A DNA stretch of 64,000 nucleotides from Epiperipatus broadwayi (GCA_028023455.1 JAQFVV010000004.1:21266001-21330000); one strand, 5' to 3'. Counted from the stretch's first letter, positions 38,950-54,072 are shown. The notes: generated by a model not told the origin, from the sequence alone. Numbers and translations are program-made.

Positions 38950-40330
38950 TTTAACAATACTTTGTATTGAGTCACTTTGCTGTCCATATGCATTGCCCAT
39001 CTTTTTCCTGATTTCTGCTAGTGCTTGTACTTAACCATTGTTTTAGTTGATAGGCCTTGTTAGTTGAGTTTGGTCCTCTTACGTTAAATGCAGTTATCAC
39101 TTTGATATATCTTAATGAAATCAAAGATGGTTGTTTTATGTGCTGGTATGTTGTTTGTGAATCATAGTATGGCTCTATATATTCTATGATTGGATCAAAA
39201 GTTTCATTGAGATGGCTTGTATTATCTTCATGGTTAAATGCTTCTGTTTGGCCTTCTTTAATTGTTGCCTTTTCTTTTGTGGTCAGCCTGAGCATCTTCT
39301 TGCTTGAGACATTCATGCTTCTATGTGGGGTGAAGCATGTGTTGTTTGTTTCTTTTATTTGTGCTAACATTCCTTCCATCACTGCGGCTGTGTGTCCTAG
39401 TTTGGTATATTGCTTTCCACTGTTTGTGGTGTTTGTGTGTACTTTTGATTTGTCATTGCTTTTCTCTCTCATGTTTGTTGTTTCAGTTGTTTGCTGTGGG
39501 TGGTTTACTGCCATTATTATTGTTATCATCATCATCATTATTATTATTATGATCACTATCATTAGTATTACTATTATTATTGTTGTTGTTGTTGTTTCAA
39601 AGACAACTTTATTTAGTAAAAAAAAGTTACATTGGTAATTATATATACATACAGGCATGATCTAGTTATTAAATTCAATAAATTGGCTGGATGTATGGCA
39701 TTATGGCAGGAGTTTGGACTGGTGTTTTAAGATGACCATGGGTGTGCAATCTTGTAGTATTTGGTTCTTATCTGCTAAAGCTTATTGGAGAACATAGCTG
39801 AGTTGTGTCTAAGATTTTTACCAAAGCAGAAAATACATCTCATATACCAAAATATGTAAACATTGAACGTATCTTCATGATTGGCTGGTATGGAACCTTG
39901 ATGGAATGTTTCAATGATGCTATTTAGTGTAATCCTGTTGTGCCTATGTGTGTTCAACATGATCTTTCTTTTCAGTGCTATAGCTTGACAAGTGTGGAGA
40001 TGGAATTGCATTTCCTCCTCCCTGCAGCACAAGTTCAGAAAGGGTCAAAGTTGGTAAATGGTCTGCAATATCAGAGAAAGTGGGAGTGTGTAAGGCATGT
40101 AAGTTGAGCTTCAACAGGAAGTCAAAGAATTTGAGCTCTTATGCCCATTTCTGAAATCGATGAAGCAATTGTTTATTGATAATTATTAGCATTGGAGAGA
40201 GGTTGTCACCAGGGTGAGTGAGTATAGCACATTATATGTAGTCCAATAGGTAAATTTATTTGCACTAAGTAGGAGTATTTGATTGTGAATCTCTTGAAAT
40301 TGGCTTATGAGGAATGACAGAAATTCATTA
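38950..40330 (-). mobile_element. L1/Tx1-like LINE 5' fragment (ORF1 remnant + start of APE endonuclease)
   Basis: VITAFNVRGPNSTNKAYQLKQWL is an APE N-terminus. A GHLK knuckle remnant lies at about 39735. A mixed trinucleotide microsatellite occupies 39510-39600. Confidence 0.7.
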
Positions 40331-40344
40331 TTATTATTGTTATT

Positions 40345-41500
40345 ATTTATGGAAAATGTCTAACTGAAATTAATGCTGATGGGTTGAAAATTGTTTGTGG
40401 AAAAAAGTGTAATAGATCTTTTCATTTAAAGTGTAGATTTTATTCAAGAAGAAAATATTTTTTACTATGAAACAATTTTAAATGATAGTGCTACCTCAGG
40501 GTATAAAAATATCCTTGTTTGTAGTATTTGTTGCAAAACATTGCAGGCTCAGATTACTGGTTTATGGACTATAGCTAATTTAGCTAAAAAGATTGATAAT
40601 CTGGCTAGTGAAAATCCAAATTTGAAAACTATTATTTTGGCAAATAGTAGTGATTTTAAAGCAAGACAAAATATTTCTTAAGATAATATAACATTAATTT
40701 CTAAACAATTTAAATTTTCTAAGGTAGATAAAAAATATTGTGTAATTAATTAATGATAAATACTTTGCTTCCCCTCCCCCCATTTTTGAAGACAAAAGAA
40801 ATCAAACAGAAATTTCTATTTTTACATCTGAAATAGAACTTGTAAAAATGAGAAAAATTTTGCCTTTACAAAATAAATTAAATAAAGGAACAATTATTGA
40901 TAAAAATTTAGCTTCTATGGAAGCAGAGAAACTAATTGTGTAAATTTATTTTATCAATAATCTCATTTTCAAAAAGGAAATATTATTTCTAATGATATTA
41001 AGAAGTGGAATGACATTTTATCTGAAGGCCTAACTATAGAGAATAAAAATCTTAAAACATAATATATTAATAATAATCAAGTTAAAAGCAGCGGTCATTA
41101 TTTAAAAAAGATATTGATTTAGAAGGATTTGAGTCAGTGACACTTAAGAAAAGAAATGTAAAATGTAATACATTAAAAAAATGGTATTATAGGAAATCAT
41201 AATGAAACAATTAGAAGCTATTCCTGTTAAACAAAAATATAAAAGATTCCAGAAGTTATATCAAAAAATGTGATTTCTTATATAATGGAAAAGTTAAATA
41301 TTACTGATATGAAGTACTTAAAAAAATTGAATCAGGTATAAGGTATAAAAGATGTGAGAAGTTGTCAAACAACATACTCATTTAAGATGAAGATAAAGAA
41401 TAAGAGATTTAAAAATTTGTATAACATTCCAAAGTTTACAAATGAAACATTAAAAAATCACTAGATTTTAATATATTTAAAATATAATATATTTGACACA
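40345..41500 (+). pseudogene. LINE ORF1 remnant with PHD finger (CR1/L2/Jockey-group type)
   Basis: GKCLTEINADGLKIVCGKKCNRSFHLKC...LVCSICC at 40347-40535 fits the C4HC3 PHD spacing. A degraded coiled-coil-like region follows. Confidence 0.6.
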
Positions 41501-41799
41501 AATGATAGAACATTTAGGACTACTGTGCAAAAAACTGAAAATGTTTTTTGAACTAGATTAGCTGTGCATTTTGGTTGGATGTAAAATATGTTAAAAATAC
41601 TCAAATTAAATTAAATTACCACCACTGCCCCCCCCCCCCCACACTACCACCACCACCACCACCCCATTACTATTATTAGTAATTTTAAAAGGCACTTTAT
41701 TAAATTATTTGTACAATCATGTTATTGTGTGAATCATGGTTTTACATAAAATAAATTGTGCATATTATGTAAGCAAATCTTTTACATAGTTTTACAGAT

Positions 41800-44060
41800 G
41801 AATCAAATTTGTACACTTTTTTTACATCAAATTATATGATTAATATTTTACAAACTAAAAATTTTCTATTCAGTGGCATGGGTAAAGAGACCAGACTCCA
41901 AGCAGCAGCAAATATATCTGCAGGTACAAGAGTCTGATCTCTTAATTTTTGATAATTTGTTCAAGAAAATATATTTTAGCCTTTATGATATCAAATTAAA
42001 TACAAAGTGACATCTCATAAACCAAAGTGTGAAAAGAAGATAAGTAATAACTAATGTAAGAGAAAAGCCCCTTTTTAATATTGTCAATAATGAGATTAAC
42101 TGTAGGTATTTGAGACTGAATAATTGTTGAGATAAGTTGTCAATAGGTTTGTAAAGTAGGACATGTATAGAGGAAATTTTCTATTGTTTCCTCATATCTC
42201 CCACCCAATTCACATGTTGCATCAATATTAGTATATGTCATTTTATTGACTATGAATGTATTTTTTTTTTTTAGATGTTATGCTTTGACACATGAAAAAA
42301 AAAAATGAAAAAAATATATATAAATATTTAGATTCTATGCGCCAAAATTTATATTTTTTAATTATGAATCTGTCTGTAATAGTGAGTAATGATTGGGACA
42401 CCTGTTGATTTATCAAATTGATAATCTAATAAACTGCCCAGTAGAAAATCTTACTGGGTAAATGTGTAATTAGTGGCTTTGTATGCATGGAAATATTATC
42501 AAAAAAGTTTTTAAATATGCTTTCTATTGGTGGTGGTGTATCTATGAGTGTAACAGAAAAAAGCACTCAATGTTAGGGAAGAAGTTAATAAGTCTTCTAA
42601 ACTTATTAATAGCTCTGTATATATAGAAGGTTGATATACAATGTAGACATATACCATTATGCTTTAAATGTTTCTGCATATTTAATACTAATAGAAACTA
42701 TCTGTTTCCCCCCAAAATAGCATTATGCATATTGAATTAATTTTATTTATAAATGAGTTAGGATATTTTATGACTGGAACATAGTAGCTGATCTTAGGAA
42801 ATACTAGCATGTTAAATACCTTTGCATGTAAAGAAAGGTAGGCTTTTGAGAGGGAATTAATGATTTTTTTATTGAATCTAAAAGCAGATTTTGAATTATT
42901 AATCTCATATCATTATAGTTTTTACTTAAAGGAAAACTAGAAAACTCAGAGGAGATGCTTTATAATTACATGCAACTCGCCCCCCCCCCCCCTAGTATAT
43001 GACTTTTTTTATTGGAAAATTAAATATTAAGAGAGAATTCTTCAAGAATTAAAAAAATAAATGGAACAACCATTTTAGAGGAAAGAAAAATATCTATATA
43101 ATCCATATATGAAATTCCAGGTAATTTAGTCTCTATTGCTAAAAGAAGAGGATTGATGTAATTAATAAGGAGTAAAGCACTTAAGGATGAACCTTGTAAA
43201 ACAGAAATATGTGGGGAAAACCTGGTGTAGTTTTCCCATTAAGAGTAATGAGTATTTCTCTACTGAGTAACAAGTTAGCCAAAATATTCATGATTGGCAC
43301 AGAGTTTCATGCTGCTTCATTATCTAATTGAACAGCAATAGGAGCTGCCTTTCTGCCTTGATGAATTTCATCTAATATCACTTTAAATAAAAAAACTGTA
43401 CCAGAAGTTGAACAGTCTTTTCTGGCATGTTGGTATTCAGATATTTTGGGAAGGATAAGAAGCTGAATTTTATCTTTTATAAAATTATTCAATTATTTTT
43501 ATAATAAGAACTAGTCATTGAGATTTTGTCTTAGATTTTTCAATGGTGATAAAAGAATATATTTTTTAAGAAATGTCTCCATGGATACAGGGTAAAGGTG
43601 ATCAATGTAATAAATTTGTTTTGAAAGATATGTTAACATGTTGTGCATAATAGGGACAGTGAAATTAGATGTGCTAGAACAAATTTAGGAATAGCATGAA
43701 TTCCAGAGTATTCTTTCTGGAGTGGACTTAATTTTTTGTAAGATTTCAAGTTTGTAAATACCATGATTGTCATATGTTATACCAAAAGTATATGGAATTA
43801 AGATTTGAAAGTATGCTTTTGTAATTTGGCCTTTAAATGAAAAAAAAAATATGAGGCAACATATCTTCTCCAGTCATCATTTCTAGATTTTTAACAATTG
43901 ATAAAGATACAGTTTTCTTTAATTTATAATCAACTGACCATTGAATATATCCTTTAGACAAATTATGAGGGTTAGTAAAATATATTTTCACTTTTTTAAC
44001 TGATAAATATTCAGCTAACAATAATTGTGTTTGTATTGTAACAGTATGTATATACACGCA
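41800..44060 (-). mobile_element. L1/Tx1-like LINE RT fragment, pseudogenised
   Basis: LPKISEYQHARKDCST..LDEIHQGRKAAPIAVQLDNEAA (RT domains 2-3) and a downstream LSLHAKVFNMLVFPKISYY motif. It resembles the plus-strand LINE at 52.7-53.6 kb. Confidence 0.75.
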
Positions 44061-47000
44061 TTGTGCAGGTGTGTATGTATTTATGAGTTACACAATTTAC
44101 TTGTAGTTTTTTTTTTTTATTAAAAAAATGTATAAATTTAAAATAATCATAATTCAATAGTTGAAAGTATAGAAGTTAACATAGTGGGAAAATTTAGAGA
44201 TAAGTTAGGAATTAGTAATAATTATAATTCTTTTATATATTATTTTATGATCTGTCAAAAATATTCTTTAAGAAAAAAGTGTTTTTAATTAAAAAAATAA
44301 AAAGTTTCTTATGATAAATTAAAATAGTTTGTACAAAACTAACCAGGCTCTGGAAATTAAAATTCCAGACGGATTGGTTAAACAATATATCTCTTTAATC
44401 TCTGTAATTAAAATTAAAAAACAGAAAATAAAGAAATGTAAATTATAATTAAATTTTTTTTTAGAGATAAAATTTATTGATAACACTGTTGAAACTCGGG
44501 CAAAGGAGAGATCAGAATAATATAAAAGGCACACATTCTCTGTTGTCTTCAGTTTCTAGTGAGTTAAATTAAGTAAGAGTTTTAGTTGAGTTTGAGTTCA
44601 ATTCAGTTAAAGAATTATTAAAAAGAATGATTGGCTAGAATCGAACGCTGATGTTCGGTCGTTTCCTCCGCTCTTCTCTCATGTGCCATTAGCAAAATGT
44701 TGTAATAAATTACTCTAACTCGCCTTCTGCTGAAGTTTCAACACACCCTACTAAATTAAGTAAAACAGACATGCAATAAACCAAGAAGCTGCCTTCATGT
44801 TACCAATACCTGGACCAAGAAACTAATCGGATCAGAGAACCAAGGGGTGATCACCCACATAGAAAGAAAATACAAGAACTATGCATACCTACCATGGAAA
44901 CCAAAGACTATTTGAATTGCCTATGGAAATTAAAGACAATGTTGAAATCACAAATAAGCTCTAAAATGTGTGCTATAAATCCTAGATAAATAATTTTTAT
45001 GTCAGTATTAAAACTTTTATATTTCATCTGAAATAGAATTCATAAATATGCATGCAAATTTTGTTAAGTGTATACTATCTAATGTGTTTATATTTTATTT
45101 CTTATTATATTGCATTTAATGATTATCTTTTAATAAATTTATTTTAATTATTAATGTCATTTTTTTCCATCTCTCTCTCTCTCCATTCATAAGCGTGTAG
45201 CCGGCAAAATGTGAAGAACTAGCTATGGGTCAAGTGCGTGAAACATGTTAGTGACATTTCATAGTTTCCAATCTAAGTATTGAATGGCACCCTAGGTTTT
45301 AAACCTGTTATAAATATTCCCATGAGATGTTTCATGTTTCATGCAGCCGGAGAATTACTTCGGTCTGGAAAGATGACTGTCGGTTTAATATTTTATTAAA
45401 TCACAATCTGACCGGGGGTATGATTGATATGTAAGTATAAATCATATTTACTCTCCTGTTTGAGTAACGGGTCTTCAAAAAGTCTTTTTGTAAAATAATA
45501 TGATTTTATAAAAATAGAATAAATAATTAGAAAGTTTTTAAAATTAAAAAGTTCAAGTTTAAAAAAGTTGTAAAAGTCTAAAAGTTTAAGGACAGGAAAT
45601 TCCCATTACATTATATATTTCTGCTTTAGAGTTTTATTGATGCAGAATTAAATGAGATGTTTTTAAATTTAATATGTATTGCATCAAGGTCTTTTCCAAT
45701 TTAACGGAGGCTTATTAATATGAGTATAGTAATTGATTGTGGATGACATCATGTTAATATTGTAACAGTCAAGTTTGTACATTCGCGTAACAGAATTCAG
45801 AATCCAATCAAAAGAGACCGAAGCTGACCAGACTAGAACTGTGACATCCCAAGTCCGACTACACTTCAACTCATAAGCCAGGATTCCAAGACTCAAGACC
45901 CTACGAATGACCACCTTGAAATTACACGTAGTATACCTCTTTCACACGGCCGACATAGGTCAGGGAGACGCAATAAGACTCTGATGAATAAAAGAAAGGT
46001 TCTTAATTGACTAAAATATATCATGAATCTAATTTAACTTAATGCATAGTTTTCACATATATAGACTATAAATAATAATTAGAATTGGATTGAATTAGAT
46101 CAATAACGAGACAGAGAACGAAATACATTAAATTAATTATATATTTATTTACAATTGGCATGAACTTGATAAGTTTTACACATTTCAGCGTCGAATGTAT
46201 GCAAACATTGGGTGGATAAGAGAACACATTCTCTTTTATATACAATTCAAAATAGCTTTATATAAATAATTTCATTAAATTTTCATAAATGGGTTTAACA
46301 TATGCCCATCTTATGAATTGTTTTACAACTGATACATATTTAATCACTACGTTATGTCTATAAATTTAGTTAAGCCAAATCCTATTACATTTGTGGCTGA
46401 TATATAAATAATTATATTGAACTTTGATCATGAATTCATTTACTAAAATATACAAGATGACTTAATAACGAGTGCATAAACCAGCTCAAGTAATGAATGA
46501 TTGATCGAACATGGCTTTCAAGAGAAATTTTCAGAATGCTGAAAGCGTTATGTTAAGGTGGGAGAGTTGGCTGAAATAAGATTTTACCAATGTGCTATGG
46601 CACAGGTAAACAATAATAGGAAAAGTCGCACTGCGGATGGATGAAATAACTTCAGGGTTCTTGCGACAAACGCCGGTACCCTGTAACCGATGCAATGCTG
46701 CATAAAAAGGAACATTGTGTTCAGGAATGGCGGGGGACTTATGTGCTAACCTGGCCTTGGCTCAGGCTTCGCTACTGCTCTACCCTATAAGAGAAGATGT
46801 GCTGGCAATGCCGTGGCTCCATCTTGAGATACGTATATTACGTATAGCAACAAAACGAGAATAATTTTATAAAATAATATATCACATCCGCCAAGCAAAG
46901 AATAGTATATTTCATACTATGAAATATGAGTTAATAGCATATTAGCTCTATCAAATTGGGGCCAATTCTTGTGTAGCCTGGTAATAAACATCTATGCTAT

Positions 47001-48382
47001 GAAAGGGAATATTACTACATCTGTACTTTGACATGCTCGATCTATTAAGTTACTTATAGATAATAAATATTTAAGTAGGGAAAGTATATTTCTATGGACT
47101 TAAGAATTTAAATGTCAAATATACTTATAAATACGATCAAGGCTAAATTTAATTCTAAATAAAACTATAAGGTTAAGTTTTTAACTGGTTGATCAAAAGA
47201 GCCACATTTCACATATTAAATCATTTAAATAATAAAAAATAGGATTTCGAAACAGCGCAGAAAGTTGACGCTAAAAACAAATTACACGAAGATTTTCAAA
47301 TAATATCTTCTTAAAAACATGAAATTAAGTGCCCACTGTTTCGAAATATTGGCATATAAATTATAAAAGTATTTAATTAAAATAAGCAAAAAAATATAGA
47401 CACAACCACATTGATATAACTTTAAACTAAATAATTTACTTTGAAGTGAATAGAAAATATAAATAAGTCAGATTATTTAAACTTTAACACATTAAATTTT
47501 GATAGCAATTGACATATTTAAAATATTAACTAAATGGATTTAAGTTTTGGGTACATATTAGTTTGATAATTATTTTAAAAAGAGAGTTAGCTAACTTATA
47601 TAGATATATTTACATAAAGAATTACACAGAGCTCAGCGGTTTGAAAAATAAAACGGTACCGGTATTATTTATCTGGACTGCAAGTTCTTGGTTGTATGTT
47701 TGGTGATTTTGACTGGGCGGCTGGTGGCATCATCTTTCCATTTATGTTAGGCTCGTCTCTTCTATCAGCATGATGGTGGTTTAGGCATTTCGACGACAGA
47801 AGCCCCGTTCTCCCACGGAGTAACAGCAACAAGATGCCCACTTTTAGCCAGACATGTTAAACATTAAACAATTGTGAAGACTGGCTGCAATTCTCACTAA
47901 CAATATGGCTGGCTCTATCCTCTTGTTAAAAAAATACAGAGTATTTATATCTTTTCCTTATCGGAATCTATCGCCTCAAGACTCACTAAACTCAGGAATT
48001 TAATTAAATATTTTTCAATTTATAATCCAGATCTTAGATAACTTATGTTAGAAACATTCCATAAGCTATTATTATAATTAAGATTTTTCATTGCAAACAA
48101 TTGTCCAATTTAGATTTTAAAATAACTTAATCTTATCTAAGGAGATTTTAATTAGTAAATTTTGAACTAGTTTTACTTTTTAGGAATTCCAGGTGTGGTC
48201 GTTAATGACACTTGTTTACAACCAGAAATCTTTTTAATTACTTGACCAGCTTTTATTTTCAATCTTACATATAATAGAAACTCTTTTTATTTAAAAACAA
48301 CCTTTTAACATTTTTTTTAAAACGCAAACCTTTTTACATATTTATTAAAAATAATTTACAAACATATTTTGATATAGCTTTT

Positions 48383-48489
48383 TTTTTTCCCCATATGTCA
48401 TAGCATCGGCCGGGACATGAACCCACACCCATCTGCAACCAACTACTTGCTTGCAAGGCGGGTGCGATGACCTCTCGGCTAACAATCCT
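48383..48489 (-). mobile_element. Short tRNA-derived SINE with A-tail and 16-bp TSD
   Basis: Minus strand reads GGATTGTTAGCCGAGAGGTC..GGGTTCATGTCCC..GGGG(A)n. It is flanked by TTTTGATATAGCTTTT at 48367-48382 and 48490-48505. Confidence 0.85.
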
Positions 48490-48949
48490 TTTTGATATAG
48501 CTTTTAAATATATTTTCGAGAAACTTTTCCCTGAAATATATTTAAAACAAGAAATCTTTTAACAATTTTTAAAAACATTTAATATTATTTTTAGATAACG
48601 GTTTTTACATATTTTAAAATCATGTCTTTCTTCTATATAGCACAGATTATATATCCACATACGAAATTACAATATTAACAAACAAAATTAATAATTTACT
48701 CTTAACTTAAATAATATAACGAACATTTTTAGAAATATTAAATAAATTTAGTACGCTATAATTTTACTAATCCTATCTAGTTATAGCGTTGGTTCGCACG
48801 TAAATATATAATACTGTTTTTACAGACATGAGCGAATTTTAAATTTATTAACATTTAAATAGGTTCGAACTTAGCACAGATGAGTGTGTCATTAGGTTTG
48901 ATGGTGAATCGATAGGGGCTTGGAAAGTTATCATTTCAATATAAAGAAA

Positions 48950-49735
48950 CCATAACATCAATAGGTTCCAAATACAATTTGTCACCCTTCCTAAATATAT
49001 ATAAATTTCTGATATCAATGCTTCTGGTGTGGCAGATTTCAAAAGCAATCATATTGGATTATTAAGAAGCAATACAGGTTTTACTTGCATATTTAGCTTA
49101 GGTAATCAGAGAAAGTTACTGGGTCCAAAGAAGAGGAGATAAGATAATGTAATTCAGGTGAATAAAACCATAAATCAATTAAAGATGAATTTTCCATAGT
49201 ATAAAAGAATGTAGAGTTGACAGAGAAGAATCCCTCAGAACTCATCAAATGTTTATTAATCATATGTAAATTTTCTTAATAAAGTTAGAGTATGGTATGT
49301 TGAAGTCACCGATCATAATTGTAGGAAACAGATTGGTATCTAATAGAAAATTAATCTTATTGATTAACTGGACTATTATGGAAGGTTTATTATATAAATA
49401 AAGTCCTATACTATTTATTGTAAAAGCTGGATGAATCAGAGTTATCATAATCATGTGATAATAAATGATAGATAATTTTAAATGTTTAAAATGGTGATTT
49501 TATTATGAATTAACATTCCAATTCCAACCACAGCCAGGACATGTGATAAAAATTGACAATACCCAAATTTACATAAGAACTGCTGAGAATTAAAAGGTGA
49601 ATTTACAGAATATTTTGCCTCTGTAAAAACCATTACATAAGGAGAAAATTGTACTATCCAATTAAATAATGCAAAAATGTGTTGAATAGAGTTTATTCCC
49701 CTAACATTTACTTCTGTAATACATAAATCCATTTA
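48950..49735 (-). mobile_element. LINE APE endonuclease fragment (L1/Tx1-like)
   Basis: ITEVNVRGINS..VMVFTE and TIMIGDFNIP are APE motifs. Confidence 0.8.
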
Positions 49736-50129
49736 TAGTCTTCAGGTGATGCTATTGTCATAATATAAAAGTCAAATCATATCGTTGAGTGGTTTTTTTT
49801 TTTTTTGTGATTGTGAAATGAGATTATGCTAGCTGTAAGTTTATAGTTAATTTATTAAACATAAAAAGGATAATTTGAAATAAAAAACCTCTTTAGATTA
49901 GCAATGATTCCCTTTATTTACCAGTGAAGTCCATGGCAATTGATGGCATGAGTACTGAAGCAAAGAAAATGCATAAACAAACATATAAAGTAGGTTATGA
50001 AGCAAATAATAGGTAAAACTAAAAACACATAAAGTTTCCATCATTCCACAGAAAATGATCTGATCAAATTGGATTTGTTCACAGCAACATTGGATTATGA
50101 TTATGAGAGTCAAAAAGAGCCATAGAATG

Positions 50130-53100
50130 ATGATTCATTAAAAAAGATCTCTGAAGCTTTTAATGGAATGATACTGAAAGAATTATATAATTCATTCAAA
50201 CATTTCTTCACTGAAAAATTGATAATTACTGTAATTACTGATTATTTTTGTAGCTTATTTAGATTCCCAAAAGAAATATCATTCGATCTACTTACAGCCA
50301 AAAACTTATGGGAATCAATTCATTGTATAGCTGATCATTCAAATCCTAGAGACATGGTGCTGGAATTTGAACACAAGAGTTGAGGGATAGTTTTCAGAAA
50401 GAAATTAGGATGTTGGATCACTATGCATTAGTAGTGGTTAATCCAAATAGACATAACATTATAAAAGGTATAATGAAGAATACCTAAATTGAAGACTTTG
50501 TTAAATTAATGGAATCATTTGGGATAGTTCTTCAATTTCAGAAAAACCTGATGCCAAATACACTGGTACCAATATATGGAAATGGTTTCTATTTTAGAGT
50601 TAAGCTACATAAGACTGTAAAACCAAAAGACATACCCTCTCAAATAATCGACCAGAAAGCAATGTTGGGTTTGATGATTAAAGAAACAAAGCCCCAGTGT
50701 TATCAGTGAAAAGACCATGGACATCTAATCAACGTTTGTCCTAAAATGCATTGTACCCAATATAAAATAGAGATGACCCATTGCATCAGTGTCTGAATAT
50801 AAGTAGATGGCATATATGAAAATGCATTAAATAGTAGTGCCCATACAAAACAAACAAAAGAAGCTGAAAGAGTCATCAGGTCAACTCAACCATTAAATGA
50901 TAAACCAGAATTACAAATAAAGGAAATTTCCCACAATGCCAGCAGTCTCATTCCTGTTGATAACATAATTAATTCTGTAACCAATAACCAATCACTCTGA
51001 ATACCAATTTAATATTTCAAACAAAATAACTCCAGAGATAATGGAATGCTTTCACAATTTATGCCGATAAAAGGAAATTCAAATGTACTAAACAATCTGA
51101 TAACTGGTTATCCCCCATGTTAGGGAAAGAGAAAATAAAAGACAAACAAAAGATAATGCCACAGACACAAAATGAACGATATGACAGACTTTGCAAAAAA
51201 AGTTAAAACCAATATCAGTAATAAAGAAACTGTCTCTACAATTCCTGATGATGAAGAAATTTTTATTGAGGAGGTAAGTGGGTCATGCTTCAATAGATTA
51301 AATAAAATCACAGATTTTCCTTTTATAACAAGTAATAACCTAACTGAGAATGTAAGTCAATTCAAAACAATAGATAAATAGAAGATAATTGGTGCTGAAA
51401 GCATCATTTATTTTCATATTTATCTTAGTACTGTTTATTCTTGTCAAATATAATTTTGGTGTTTTTATTTGAAGACAAGGTGGGTTTGAAAATAGAGGTG
51501 AAGTTAAAAATAACATCCTTAAACAGTAGATGTATTAACACCACTAATAGAATTTATCAACTGAAACAATGGTATGATATTGACCAACCACATCTAACAG
51601 GTCTACCGGAACCATCTTTTAACTCCCCTTCTGCAGGTACAGACATTATTATAAATGAACTTAGCCCTTTTGGCTCTAAAAATTTGATATACTGATGAAC
51701 ACTTTACTATTATTTCATTGCAACATAAAGCAATGGTTCCTGATGTAATTTTTGTATATATTCCTCTGGACTTGATCCTCACATTAAACTCCATGCTTGG
51801 ATCTTCCCCCTACCCAGGCATACTTATGGATGAGTTTAATTTATCATATAAAAAAATTCATTATAAAGTAGTTACATCTTCTTTCCTTTCCATTAATGAG
51901 TGGGAAAGGTTTTTGTTTAGTCGTACCATTTTCTTAATAATGGAAGGCATTCTTCTTAATTGATTTCAGGTTTTCAGGTTTTATTCCCCATCAATTCATC
52001 ACCTTATTAATCATGAAATTAAAAATACACTTTTTTCAGACCATGCTGCTCTTGTCACTAAAGCTGATCTTGATTTCAATAATAAAACAAATTAATATTC
52101 ACTAGACATACTGTTAGAATATTACTACCCTCTAGAACACCTGAATTGTTGCTTTCAGAAATTTATATAAATCTAAATAACTGAGTAAGATTGAAATGAA
52201 TCCAGTGCAAGCATGGATTGCATATGTAAGCATATGATTCAGCATATTACAAAAGCCACACCATCAACAACAGGCCTATTGGAACTAATGGATAAAATGT
52301 ACAAAAATATTTTTCCAATTCCATCTTCAGAAAATGAACAAACAAAAATAAAAAACCTCAAAAAATGTATATAATGGAGCAGAATCAACACTCAAAGAAT
52401 ATCTAGCACCAAAGAAGAGCATATTTATTAAGTAATCACATACATGGTCTAGAAGCTATATCAGATGGCCCTTGGGTCCCCCCCCCTTCAATCAGAGTGA
52501 GTCACAACAGCCATTCAAATACAAACAGGGACAGTTAGTGAGATTTATATGCTGGAATCGGCCTACTTGTATTATAAGGATAAGTTGCAATCTGGCAACT
52601 CTTATAATTCTGCAAAAAAGCTTTTTGGTGAGTCAAATGAAGAAGATAAAATTTAGCCCTAATTAATTTACAATGGTTGAATCTTGCTATCATGATTTAC
52701 ATGGGATACTCGCTTTGTATGTTGACAATTAAATTCCTTTACCTTCAATTACCTAGAAAATCTAGCAAACTTTCTATCAGAAGAAATATACACAATACAA
52801 AATCTATATCCTTTATCACTAGTACCTTTTTTTAAAAAAGAAAAGATATCAATCATAAAAAAACAAAGACCAATTTCAATGAGTCCATTAAGGATTAGGA
52901 TATTGGAGGCTGTTCTGAAAAATAGAATAGAGCCAAACATTTTACCTATGCTCTCTAAATACCAATTTGCAAAAAAAAAAGAGCTCATTCACTAATAGAG
53001 CAACCTTTATTTTTATGACTGTTTGCAACACAGAGTTAAGAAGAAATATGTTTCTGTTATGATTCAGTTGGATATTAAGTCTGTGTTTGCTACAGTCCCT

Positions 53101-54070
53101 ATTGCTATTCTGATTAACACCCTAGCTGACAGAACTATACCTAAAGCTTGCCTTTATGTCTTAACAAATTTGCTTTGGAACAGGGAGATACAATAAATCT
53201 AAAGGGGAGGATATCACCATCTACTATCCCCACTTGTTCAATCCTAAGGTTACCCATTGAGTGCATTCTCTCTTCTCAATATGTAGTCATTGAAAAAGAA
53301 ATGATGGGTATATATATCCTGAACTTAAACACCAATATTGTGTATCTTACATGGATGAGATAGCAATTTTCCTATCATCCAGAAAACAAATCACAAATGT
53401 AATAAAATTGCTAAAACAATACCCTGATAAATTCAGACTCATATTTAATATGGAAAAATCATGTGCATGGCAAATTTACTCAGGATGCAATATTATAGAA
53501 CATTTTGGAAAGGAAAACCTAGCCTCTTTTTAGGCTTTCCATTTTGCTTAAATCCTACACAAATGAGAAATATTTAAAACTGACTAACAAATAAAATAGA
53601 ACTCATAATCAACTCATTAACAAAAACATCTCTCTATATATACCAAAGTTTCATTATACAATATGCTATATCTCTCTATATATACCAAAGTTTCATTATA
53701 CAATATGCTAAATGGGACTAAAATGATATATTGTACACCAATAATAAAATTTATGAAAAAATTTATTAATCATAATCACATACTGCTGAGAAAACTTTGG
53801 GATAGAAGGATTTCATCAATCTCAGTCAGAAAACTGCAGTGTCCTTTGGCAAACAATGACCTTGGTCTTCATTCACTAAATGTATTTGAAATACAAAAAT
53901 CACTTAATATCATCTCAAGATATACTGATTTGTTTCCCTACATGGAAAGGCCATTAGAGACTTGATCCTAGAAATACAGAATCTTGTCTATATTCCCCCA
54001 AAGAGTAAATATCAATATTGGGAAAGTATATTTATTACTTTTCCCAGCCACACAAATTCACAAAAAGTCT
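50130..54070 (+). mobile_element. Near full-length degenerate L1/Tx1-like LINE (ORF1 with zinc knuckle; ORF2 APE + RT)
   Basis: ORF1 knuckle CYQ*KDHGHLINVCP (about 50698-50742). APE: ITSLNSRCINTTNRIYQLKQW and ILMDEFN. RT: RPISMSPLRIRILEAVLKNRI, QLDIKSVFATV, YMDEIAIF. Confidence 0.88.
53628..53710 (+). repeat. 42-bp tandem duplication inside the LINE
   Basis: atctctctatatataccaaagtttcattatacaatatgct starts at 53628 and again at 53670. Confidence 0.95.
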
Positions 54071-54072
54071 AG

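Noticed and set aside
39186-39638. 150-aa hydrophobic plus-strand ORF that looks like a membrane protein
   Set aside because: It is the antisense of a LINE ORF1 remnant plus a trinucleotide microsatellite.
44630-44700. B-box-like GTTCGATTC on the minus strand
   Set aside because: The A box is weak, and there is no cloverleaf, tail or TSD.
45684-47900. Several short open frames in CpG-retaining patches (45.7-46.0, 46.6-46.8, 47.7-47.85 kb)
   Set aside because: No recognisable homology and no consistent strand or splice phase; covered only by the CpG-mosaic finding.
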